A model generated the notes under the pieces. That model did no database searches, was not told the DNA's origin, and was given only the letters and a program-made list of their open reading frames with translations. Positions 6,832 through 14,761 of a stretch of DNA of 15,634 nt are shown piece by piece. Within the stretch, counting starts at the first letter, position 1; every line of letters starts with the position of its first letter. The stretch spans positions 1-15,634 of the forward strand of contig JAZGAD010000036.1 in NCBI GenBank assembly GCA_036444275.1, written 5' to 3'. The DNA is from Candidatus Hydrothermarchaeales archaeon. Its GTDB lineage: Archaea > Hydrothermarchaeota > Hydrothermarchaeia > Hydrothermarchaeales > JAZGAD01. The translations under genes were made by a program, and so were the position numbers.

Positions 6832-7649
6832 CTAACATGTGGATTAGGCACCGGTATTGCAGAAAGCAGAGTCTTTGTATAGGGATGCTTTGGATTCTCG
6901 AATATTTCCTGTGTGGGGGCTGTTTCTATGATCCTTCCGTTTCGCATTATAGCTACTCTATCAGAGATGTGCCTGATTACCCCCAGGTTATGCGCTATGA
7001 AGAGGTAGGCGAGACCATACTCCTTCTGCATGTCTGCAAAGAGATTCAGGATCTGGGCTTGAATTGAAACATCAAGAGCGCTTACAGGCTCGTCAGCCAC
7101 CAAGAGCTTTGGACTTAACGCTAGGGCCCTAGCTATTCCAATACGCTGCTTTTGGCCCCCGCTGAATTCATGTGGATAACGGGATGCATACTCGGCCTCA
7201 AGGCCCACTTTCTCTAGCAACTCTTTAACTTTCTCTAGCCTCTCTTCATCGTCTCGCACACCGTGTATGAGGAGAGCTTCCCCTATGCATTCCCCTACAG
7301 TCATCCTTGGATCTAGGGAAGCCTGTGGGTCCTGGAATACCATTTGCACTTCTTTCCTATACTGCCTCAACGTCGCACCCTGGAAGGAGCGTATATCTTC
7401 TCCCCTGAAGAGAACCTGCCCGCTGGTGGGTTCCTCAAGACGCAGGATCACCTTACCCAAAGTTGTCTTACCACATCCAGATTCCCCCACTAGACCGAGG
7501 GTCTCCCCTTCACGTACGTATAAGGATACCCCTTCCACAGCCGTTATATCACCCGCGTGTTTAGACAGCAGCCCGGTGGTTACGGGATAGTACTTCTTCA
7601 CATCCCGGATTTCCAGCAATTTATCCCTATCTCTATCCTTGTCCCTCAA
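6822..7649 (-). CDS. oppF: Oligopeptide/dipeptide/nickel ABC transporter ATP-binding protein (OppF/DppF type)
   Basis: GLVGESGCGKTT, QMVFQDP, YPHEFSGGQKQR, VADEPVSALDVSIQAQ, HNL and HPYT. Confidence 0.95.
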   Translation of the reverse strand: MRDKDRDRDKLLEIRDVKKYYPVTTGLLSKHAGDITAVEGVSLYVREGETLGLVGESGCGKTTLGKVILRLEEPTSGQVLFRGEDIRSFQGATLRQYRKEVQMVFQDPQASLDPRMTVGECIGEALLIHGVRDDEERLEKVKELLEKVGLEAEYASRYPHEFSGGQKQRIGIARALALSPKLLVADEPVSALDVSIQAQILNLFADMQKEYGLAYLFIAHNLGVIRHISDRVAIMRNGRIIETAPTQEIFENPKHPYTKTLLSAIPVPNPHVRRA

Positions 7650-8655
7650 CTCTAGCTGCCTCCGATGCTTTCTTTACTTCCCTAGAATCCCAGAGATGAC
7701 AAGCCGTGCTGTGCTCTGATGCTACAAAGGCCTCTTCAGGTTTGACTCTAAAGCATATATCCCGGGCGAATGAACACCTAGTGTGAAATACGCATCCCTT
7801 CGGCGGGTCGATGAGACTGGGTATAGTTCCAGGGATCGGTGTAAGCTTCCTCCCACCGTTGTCAGATATGTCAGGCACACAATTTAGGAGGCCTATAGTG
7901 TAGGGATGCCTTGGGTTCTCGAATATCTGGAACACGCTCCCCCTCTCCATTACCTTGCCTGCGTACATGACAACTACACGGTCAGCTATCTCAGCCACTA
8001 TGCCAAGGTCATGGGTTATGAATAGCAAGGACATGCCTCTCTCCCTCTTAAGGTCCATCAAGAGCCCGAGGAACTGAGCCTGAGTTGTTACGTCCAGGGC
8101 CGAAGTGGGCTCGTCGGCGATCAGGATTTCTGGGTCGCAGCTCAGAGCCATGGCAATCATGACCCTCTGATTCATTCCGCCAGAGAATTCATGAGGATAA
8201 CTATCCAGCCTATCCCTGGCTGAAGGAATCCCTACCTTTTCCAGCAGGCATATTGCTTTCTTCCGTGCTTCTTTCTTACCAATCCCCAAGTGGAGCTGCA
8301 TCTGCTCGATTATCTGATCCCCAACAGTGAAGATTGGATTAAGGGACTCCGTAGGATCCTGGAATATCATGGATATCCTCATACCCCTGACACTCTGCAG
8401 TTGCCTAGAGGAGTACTCCCGCAAGTCATTGCCATGGAAGAATATCCCGCCTTCCACTATCCTTCCAGGTGCATCTACTAAACCCAAAATAGAAATGGCT
8501 GTAACAGTCTTCCCTGAGCCGCTCTCTCCAACCAAACATAGGACCTTGCCCTCTTCGAGGTTGAAGCTCACCCCGTCAACGGCCTTCACAGTTCCCCTGC
8601 GAGTGAAGAAATATGTCTTAAGATTTTTTACCTCTAAAATATTCACCTTGCTCAC
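7633..8655 (-). CDS. oppD: Oligopeptide/dipeptide/nickel ABC transporter ATP-binding protein (OppD/DppD type)
   Basis: GESGSGKT, MIFQDP, YPHEFSGGMNQR, IADEPTSALDVTTQAQ, HPYT and the C-terminal GCVFHTRC...C...ACH motif. Confidence 0.95.
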   Translation of the reverse strand: MSKVNILEVKNLKTYFFTRRGTVKAVDGVSFNLEEGKVLCLVGESGSGKTVTAISILGLVDAPGRIVEGGIFFHGNDLREYSSRQLQSVRGMRISMIFQDPTESLNPIFTVGDQIIEQMQLHLGIGKKEARKKAICLLEKVGIPSARDRLDSYPHEFSGGMNQRVMIAMALSCDPEILIADEPTSALDVTTQAQFLGLLMDLKRERGMSLLFITHDLGIVAEIADRVVVMYAGKVMERGSVFQIFENPRHPYTIGLLNCVPDISDNGGRKLTPIPGTIPSLIDPPKGCVFHTRCSFARDICFRVKPEEAFVASEHSTACHLWDSREVKKASEAARVEGQG

Positions 8656-8666
8656 TTCACCTCACC

Positions 8667-9743
8667 TCAGAGATCGCTCCTTGGGTCAAAGGCATCCCTA
8701 AGTCCGTCACCGAGGAAATTAAAGGATAGCACTGTTAGGAATAGCATTATCCCTGGTTCCACTGCCACCCACCAGAGTGTATCTAAGCTATCCTGTCCTG
8801 CATTTAGTATCCTGCCCCAGCTTGCTACTGCTACGTCACCAAGGCCTATGAAGCTGAGGGCTGCCTCGGCTAGTACCACGCCTGGTATGGACAGGGTGGC
8901 TATAACTATAAGGGTACTCATTACATTGGGTATGAGATGGCGGAAAATGATCCTGGTATCGCTTGCCCCCAATGCCTTGCTGGCTAAGATGAAGTCCCGG
9001 GTGCGTAGAGATAGGACCTCGCTCCTTACGAGTCTAGCTGTGCCAGTCCAGCCTGTCAGCCCGATTATTATGATTATATAGGTGAGGTTTGAGCCGAAAA
9101 GAAAGACAATTAACACCAGGAGTAGAAAGAAGGGGAACGTCATCATTATGTCAGTGAACCTCATCAAGGCGTTGTCCACTATACCACCGAAGTAGGCCGA
9201 GGTTACACCGATGATAGTGCCTATCAGTATGGCTATTCCAGTAGCTATTAAACCTACTTGCAGAGATACCCTCGCCCCAGAGACAAGCATGGCCAACATG
9301 TCCCGCCCCTTGTCATCTGTACCTAGAATGTGCCTCCATGTACCAGGAGTTTCCGTGAGTGTAAATGCGCCTGTACTCTGATCGTAGACCGACTGTGTTA
9401 TTGAGAAACCAATAGGTGGGAGGTTCTTTTCATCGAAATTCACAAGGTTGGGATCTAAAGTGAAGAACGGCCCTATCACGGCTATAAGGACAAGTAGTAG
9501 TATGAAGCACAGGCCGAAGACAGCCAATTTATTCCGCTTGGTTCGATCCCAGTAGTAACGGGTCAGTCTCCTATTGGCATACAGGGGATGTATTACGTAG
9601 AAGCCTATAACGGCCCCGAAAAAGGCATAGAAATAATGCAATGCATCAAAGAGGTCCGTCTCCAAGTAGAAATCAGCTATCAAGCTAGCTAGGATGAACG
9701 CTAGTAGAACGGCAAATATGCTGTTTTTTGACGGCGACTTCAT
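8667..9743 (-). CDS. oppC: Peptide ABC transporter permease (OppC/DppC type)
   Basis: HILGTDDKGRD, GARVSL, DNALMRFTD and the EAA-like loop FILASKALGAS..RIIFRHLIPN. Ends GDGLRDAFDP. Confidence 0.95.
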   Translation of the reverse strand: MKSPSKNSIFAVLLAFILASLIADFYLETDLFDALHYFYAFFGAVIGFYVIHPLYANRRLTRYYWDRTKRNKLAVFGLCFILLLVLIAVIGPFFTLDPNLVNFDEKNLPPIGFSITQSVYDQSTGAFTLTETPGTWRHILGTDDKGRDMLAMLVSGARVSLQVGLIATGIAILIGTIIGVTSAYFGGIVDNALMRFTDIMMTFPFFLLLVLIVFLFGSNLTYIIIIIGLTGWTGTARLVRSEVLSLRTRDFILASKALGASDTRIIFRHLIPNVMSTLIVIATLSIPGVVLAEAALSFIGLGDVAVASWGRILNAGQDSLDTLWWVAVEPGIMLFLTVLSFNFLGDGLRDAFDPRSDL

Positions 9744-9754
9744 TTTCTATCTAT

Positions 9755-10753
9755 CTACTCATATTTTATTCTTGGGTCAATGAAGGTATAGGTGATGTCA
9801 GTGATGAGGTTGAAGAGAAGGGTTACAAAGGCTCCAATAAGTGTGACAGCGACGACGACGGCGTAGTCACTCGCAAGGATGGCGTTAAAGGATATCCTAC
9901 CCAATCCAGGGATCCCGAATATGATCTCGGTGAGATAGGCACCGCCAAAGACTATGCTGCTCAGGTCGAACATTATTATAGTGACTATCGGGAGGATAGC
10001 GTTCCTGAAGACATGCCTAAGAATCACCACTCTCTCAGGCAGCCCTTTCGCCCTAGCCGTTCTGACGAAATCCTTTCTCAGGTTGTCCAGTGTAGCTGAC
10101 CTAGAGTACCTGCTGTAGCCGGCCATCATGCCAGTTCCTAGTGTTATAACTGGTAGAAACAACGCCTTGAGATTGGCCAGAGAGAACAGAGGCAGTGAGG
10201 TATCATAGAACGTCTTAAACCAGCCCAATCTAACCGAGAACACGAGGATCAGCATTATACCCAGCCAGAAATTGGGTATGGAGATGCCTATAAAGGAGAA
10301 TACGGTGGTTATATAGTCTGTCTTGGTGTACTGCTTAACCGCCGAATAAATTCCTATTCCTACTCCAACGAGGACTGCGAAGATCGTGCTAAGAAGGATA
10401 AGCTGGAAGGAGTAGATCCAGTGTATTTTAATAAGATCTATCACAGGCAGCGAGGTACTAATCGACCAGCCCCAATCACCATGTAAGAGATTAGACATAT
10501 AGTTGATGTACTGTTCGTACATTGGTCTATCCAAGCCATACCTAGCTTCTATGGCTGTCTGAATCTGGGCGACATCCTGTGCCTTGCCCGATGCAGCGAT
10601 GTTGGCTAGGTATTTATCAGCTGGAGAGGTAGGCCCTATTCTGAGCAGGATGAAGGTAATAGTGAGGACACCCCAAGCTATAATAACTGCGTAGATTAGC
10701 CTCTTCAGTATGTAATTCCGCATAGAGCCCTTTCTAGTGACCAATACACCCAC
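9755..10753 (-). CDS. oppB: Peptide ABC transporter permease (OppB/DppB type)
   Basis: YILKRL, YGLDRP..EQY, GDWG.S, SIPNFW, DFVRTARAKGL...RHVFRNA and DPRI. The start may be ATG 10723 rather than GTG 10753. Confidence 0.95.
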   Translation of the reverse strand: MGVLVTRKGSMRNYILKRLIYAVIIAWGVLTITFILLRIGPTSPADKYLANIAASGKAQDVAQIQTAIEARYGLDRPMYEQYINYMSNLLHGDWGWSISTSLPVIDLIKIHWIYSFQLILLSTIFAVLVGVGIGIYSAVKQYTKTDYITTVFSFIGISIPNFWLGIMLILVFSVRLGWFKTFYDTSLPLFSLANLKALFLPVITLGTGMMAGYSRYSRSATLDNLRKDFVRTARAKGLPERVVILRHVFRNAILPIVTIIMFDLSSIVFGGAYLTEIIFGIPGLGRISFNAILASDYAVVVAVTLIGAFVTLLFNLITDITYTFIDPRIKYE

Positions 10754-10799
10754 CGCACTAAATTCGGATATCCTAACTTATTACTTTGCAACCTGCAGG

Positions 10800-12581
10800 C
10801 TACTTCTCAAACCGCCACAGATGGTAATTATAGCCAATGCTTATACCTGGTTCTATGCCCTTAACCTCCTCCTGGAAGCCCGAATTCGCTGCAGGGTAAA
10901 CAAGGAAATCCACTGGCAGATCCGCTGATAACAGCAACGATAACTCGCCGTATATATCTCTCCTCACCGCTTCGTCGAGGGCTTCTTTGGATTTCACACT
11001 GGCGAACAATTCATCCACCCTTTCATTGGAATAACCATACATGTTAAGCCCGCCGTCTGTACCGAAGAAGGTGACACTTCCAGAAGGCGCAAGGATATCT
11101 GTTCCGAATCCCATAACACATAAGTCCCATGGGTTCTCGCTCACTGCCTCTGGCCCGCTGTTGAAGCTCGGTGGTTGGTCTGTACCAGGGATCTTGTTCT
11201 TGAGGTATTGATTGAGCTCTGTAGGCCAAGGAAGGAATTTTAGCTCAATTTCTACCCCTATGTCAGACAATTCTTGCTTTATCAAGAAGGCAATGGACTC
11301 CCTAACCTTGTTTCCAGAGTTGGCTATAAGCGACAACCGTAGGGGTTCCCCGTCTTTGTCCAATATTTTTCCATTCATCTTAGGATACCCAGCGTTATCC
11401 AACATTTCTACTGCTTTTTCTTTGTCGTAGAAGGGTTCCACGCCGTATTTTTTCAACCCCTCATCGATGTACCATGGCGAAGGTTTGGGTATGAAGCTAA
11501 ACGCCGGATCCCCAAATCCAAGATAGACGGATTGAACGATGGCGTCCTTCCCTATACTCATGGCAAAGGCCTCCCTCACCTCACGCTTCTTAAAGCCCTC
11601 CCATCCGTTTTTCCTGAAATTCCAGAGGAGGGCAGTATATCCTCCGGTAGGGACAGTGTATACATTTATACCCTCCAGCTCCTTGAACTTCCTGACCTGA
11701 AGTGGGTCTATGAGTGTTGATGTTATGTCTCCTGCTTCAAAAGCCGCATGCCTAGCAGCCGGCGTGCCGAAGATCTTAACTATGTACTTTTCAAAGAAAG
11801 GTGCACCTGTCTCCTGGCCTAGGTAATAATCTGGATTGCGCTCCAACACGAATTTGTCATTTCTTATCCATTCTACGAAGCGATAGGGACCGAGATTGCC
11901 AGTATAGGTTAGGTTATTCAGCTCAGGTGCTTGGGTAAAAGCGTCTGGGTCCCCTTCGTATTTCTCAACTATATGCTTAGGATAGACCCAAAAATCTGTC
12001 ACAGTATACAGGAACTCCGGCTCCACTGTCTGCCGCACGAATCTATATGTGGTCTTATCCACTGCTTCCAAGTTAACGAAGACTTTTTCTCCATCTACTG
12101 TCTCCTGGTAGTCATCCTTATAGTTAAAGGGCAGCCAATCTGATAAGAGGATGTTCTTATAAGTGTAGACGAAGTCCTCTGCTGTTACCTGCTTACCATC
12201 GCTCCACATCAGGTCATCCCGCAGGATAAGAGTATAGGTCAACCCGTCCTCCGACACCCTGATTGGTTCTGCCAGCCATCTCAGCAGGATATTCAAATCG
12301 TTATCGTAGACTACAAGACCATCCATGGTGAGGCCTATGTATTCACGAGAGGCGTTGTCAGCTACCAGCGCCCAATTAAGGGTCTCTGCGTCACCAGCTG
12401 ATGTGCCGGAAATGTAGGTGCCCTTGACCTCGTGTAAGGATTTTGAAAGAGGTAGCGTCTGAGTTGGCTTAGCAGCTTCTCTCTGTAAGCACCCGCTTAA
12501 TCCAAAACTAGCTCCAATACCGGCGTACAGACCAGTCCTAGCACATAGTCTTAGGAAGTCCCGTCTTCGCATCGGATGCAT
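10800..12581 (-). CDS. oppA: Peptide/nickel ABC transporter substrate-binding protein (family 5), Tat lipoprotein
   Basis: RRRDFL twin-arginine motif and LSGC lipobox. SEDGLTYTLILRDDLMWSDGKQVTAEDFVYT is the family 5 signature. Also GPYRFVEW...LERNPDYY. Start at 12581 or 12572. Confidence 0.95.
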   Translation of the reverse strand: MHPMRRRDFLRLCARTGLYAGIGASFGLSGCLQREAAKPTQTLPLSKSLHEVKGTYISGTSAGDAETLNWALVADNASREYIGLTMDGLVVYDNDLNILLRWLAEPIRVSEDGLTYTLILRDDLMWSDGKQVTAEDFVYTYKNILLSDWLPFNYKDDYQETVDGEKVFVNLEAVDKTTYRFVRQTVEPEFLYTVTDFWVYPKHIVEKYEGDPDAFTQAPELNNLTYTGNLGPYRFVEWIRNDKFVLERNPDYYLGQETGAPFFEKYIVKIFGTPAARHAAFEAGDITSTLIDPLQVRKFKELEGINVYTVPTGGYTALLWNFRKNGWEGFKKREVREAFAMSIGKDAIVQSVYLGFGDPAFSFIPKPSPWYIDEGLKKYGVEPFYDKEKAVEMLDNAGYPKMNGKILDKDGEPLRLSLIANSGNKVRESIAFLIKQELSDIGVEIELKFLPWPTELNQYLKNKIPGTDQPPSFNSGPEAVSENPWDLCVMGFGTDILAPSGSVTFFGTDGGLNMYGYSNERVDELFASVKSKEALDEAVRRDIYGELSLLLSADLPVDFLVYPAANSGFQEEVKGIEPGISIGYNYHLWRFEK

Positions 12582-12602
12582 AGGGATAATTGTACTGACG
12601 AG

Positions 12603-12618
12603 TATATTAAAAATTTCG
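12603..12618 (-). promoter_or_regulatory. Putative archaeal BRE + TATA promoter of the opp operon, probably giving a leaderless or short-leader mRNA
   Basis: The minus strand reads CGAAATTTTTAATATA about 22-37 nt upstream of ATG 12581. No clear SD precedes oppA. Confidence 0.55.
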
Positions 12619-12658
12619 ATAATAAAATAATGAGATAAGTCGCTCGATAGCCTGAAAT

Positions 12659-13531
12659 CTATCGCACTATCTTGGCTATGTCTATCTCTAGTATATCTTC
12701 TGCGCCCTTATCCTTGAGCTTGGGTATAATCACGTTAACGTCCTTCTTCTCCACAACGGTCTCGATGGCATAGTAGCCGGTGCCATATAATTTGGATACA
12801 GTAGGGGTCTTCATGGCTGGCAGTGCTTTCACCACGTCCTCGAGTTTCTCCTCCGGGATGTTCATACTCAAGAGCACCTTTCCCCTGGCCTCTATTACAC
12901 CTAGCAATAGGGTGCGGAGCTCCTCCATGGCCTTCCGCTTCTCCTGATCCTGCCAGGACTTCTTGTTTGCCAAGAGCTTGGTACTGGATTCAAGGATGGT
13001 GCCCACGATCTTTAGGCGATTCTTTCTCAGGGTGTCCCCTGTCTCAGTCAAGTCTATCACGACATCCATCAATTCAGGTACTTTTGCCTCCGATGCGCCA
13101 TAGGAGTAGCGGATATCCACAGGTATCCCGAGGTCCTCGAAGTAGCGCCTCGTGAGATTGGGGTATTCCGTAGTAACCCTGCTCCCGGGCTTTATATCTT
13201 TAGCCTCTTTGATATCTGAATCCTCTGATACAGCTGCAACCAGACGAACTATGCCTGCGCCCTTCTTGCTGTAAGGCAAGTCAGCTATAACCTCAACGTC
13301 GGCACCACTTTCCAATATCCAATCCCATCCCGAAATGCCTAGGTCGAAGTATCCCTCAGTCACATAGCCCGGTATCTCCTGAGGACGTAGTATCTTTACA
13401 GCAGATATCCTAGGGTCAGCGATGCTAGGGTTATAATCCCTGAAGCCCTTCACCACCTCTAAGTCCGCTTGCTTAAAGAGCAACAGCGTCTGTTCTTCTA
13501 AACTTCCCTTAGGCAGAGCCAATTTCAACAT
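12659..13531 (-). CDS. hisG: ATP phosphoribosyltransferase, long form with C-terminal regulatory domain
   Basis: LKLALPKGSL, LRPQEIP.YV..G..DLGISG.DW..E, TEYPNLT, SYGASEAK, DLTETGDTLRKNRL, LPAMKTPTV and GAEDIL. Confidence 0.97.
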   Translation of the reverse strand: MLKLALPKGSLEEQTLLLFKQADLEVVKGFRDYNPSIADPRISAVKILRPQEIPGYVTEGYFDLGISGWDWILESGADVEVIADLPYSKKGAGIVRLVAAVSEDSDIKEAKDIKPGSRVTTEYPNLTRRYFEDLGIPVDIRYSYGASEAKVPELMDVVIDLTETGDTLRKNRLKIVGTILESSTKLLANKKSWQDQEKRKAMEELRTLLLGVIEARGKVLLSMNIPEEKLEDVVKALPAMKTPTVSKLYGTGYYAIETVVEKKDVNVIIPKLKDKGAEDILEIDIAKIVR

Positions 13532-13535
13532 CAGG

Positions 13536-13853
13536 TCAACCTCTGACTTCCTCTACTTCTTCAACATACATTAGCGGATAATCATCATTTATATATTTCA
13601 TCCTGCACTTGCACTTAGCGGTATTAACGCGAGTAGTCACAGCTACATTCAACATTTCTCCACTGAGGGCTATGTATCCATATTTATTCGTCTTTCCAAG
13701 ACTTATCTTTACATTAACATCTTCTAGGGACTTCCTGCTTTTCTTGCTGATCGGCGTGCCTATAAACTGAGGATAAACAGTTGCTAACTTTATGCCGCAC
13801 TCGAAAATACTCCTCTCCCTGCCTGAGACAGTAGATGCCTTGTCTAAAACCAA
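13536..13853 (-). CDS. mptD: Archaeal dihydroneopterin aldolase (MptD/DUF381) homolog, apparently degenerate and possibly a pseudogene
   Basis: RERSIFECGIKLA.VY.QFIGTP, GY..LSGEML.V and DYPLMYVEEV. The conserved YHQF reads YPQF, and the segment between SLE and DV.VKI is missing. Confidence 0.8.
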   Translation of the reverse strand: MVLDKASTVSGRERSIFECGIKLATVYPQFIGTPISKKSRKSLEDVNVKISLGKTNKYGYIALSGEMLNVAVTTRVNTAKCKCRMKYINDDYPLMYVEEVEEVRG

Positions 13854-14758
13854 TCAAACCACTCCGGTACTGCAGCAAAGCTAGGCCCCAGCATGGTGAT
13901 GCCCTTGATTTCTTTATCCCTCTCCCATTCATAACCATAAAATATGGGTGCAAGGTCCTCGATCCTCCACACCGGAGTTATGGTGGTAGTTACATTGATT
14001 TCCTCGGTTGGCGTTACCTCTGGCTCCATGCTCACAATAGACTTAGAGGACATGAACTTCGAGATAGAGTTCTCAAGGACGAACCACTCGTCCCAACGTG
14101 GGACCTCTGCATGAGCTTGAGTCTCCCCGGGTTCGTAGTCCTCGAAGTAAAGGTCTCCAAGTGGCTGTGTAGCATCTGATACTGGTGCAGGGGCGGCTAT
14201 CGTAAGAGCTGCGCCCTCTACAGTCCACGGGGCGGTTATAAAGCCGGTTGAAGAAGGTGTGAGCGTGAATTCCTGTACCCACTTCTTGACTATTATAGAG
14301 GGGTTATTCTTCTCTATCTCTTGGGGATCGATGCTTCCCCCTCCGGTGCTTATGCTGTCTATCTCTGCATGAATTATCACTCCTTCGTTAGGCCTGAGCC
14401 ACCAACCCTCCCTGTCCCCAACTGTATCGCTAAGCTTGGTCCTTACTTCTTTCTCTTTGTAAACCTTCCCGCTTCCCAGAAGGCTGGTGCTGCTAAAGGG
14501 ATCGCCATAGATCCTCCAGAGCCCACTTTCCCTCACTGCATAGGACTTCGCATAGCTGTTCACTTCATCGAGCTGCCAACCCACAGGTAGGGCAACAAAT
14601 ACCCTGTCGAATCCTATGTTTTCCAGCTTAGCATCAATTACTGTATCTACTGTGCTTATCTCGCCCGTGGGTACCTTTACCATCTCGAAGCCAATAGCTA
14701 GAACTCTTGGGACGGCGAGGGTGCATAGGACTAGTAAAAGGATCAGCCAGCGCTTCAA
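13844..14758 (-). CDS. Secreted/surface hypothetical protein, probably an accessory of an archaeal type IV pilus locus
   Basis: Sec signal peptide MKRWLILLLVLCTLAVPRVLA, a beta-rich Trp-rich body and a PEWFDWF C-terminus. It starts 3 nt after the DUF515-like gene. The pilus link is inferred from context. Confidence 0.6.
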   Translation of the reverse strand: MKRWLILLLVLCTLAVPRVLAIGFEMVKVPTGEISTVDTVIDAKLENIGFDRVFVALPVGWQLDEVNSYAKSYAVRESGLWRIYGDPFSSTSLLGSGKVYKEKEVRTKLSDTVGDREGWWLRPNEGVIIHAEIDSISTGGGSIDPQEIEKNNPSIIVKKWVQEFTLTPSSTGFITAPWTVEGAALTIAAPAPVSDATQPLGDLYFEDYEPGETQAHAEVPRWDEWFVLENSISKFMSSKSIVSMEPEVTPTEEINVTTTITPVWRIEDLAPIFYGYEWERDKEIKGITMLGPSFAAVPEWFDWF

Positions 14759-14761
14759 CTT

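Noticed and set aside
6801-7067. In-frame ORF directly after the atpH TGA, suggesting selenocysteine or stop readthrough
   Set aside because: Subunit H is already full length, the extension is antisense to oppF and looks non-protein-like, and no SECIS-like element is evident.
7621-7647. Short imperfect 6-nt repeat encoding RDKDRDRDK at the OppF N-terminus
   Set aside because: Low-complexity coding sequence in the oppD/oppF overlap, too short and imperfect to be a functional repeat.
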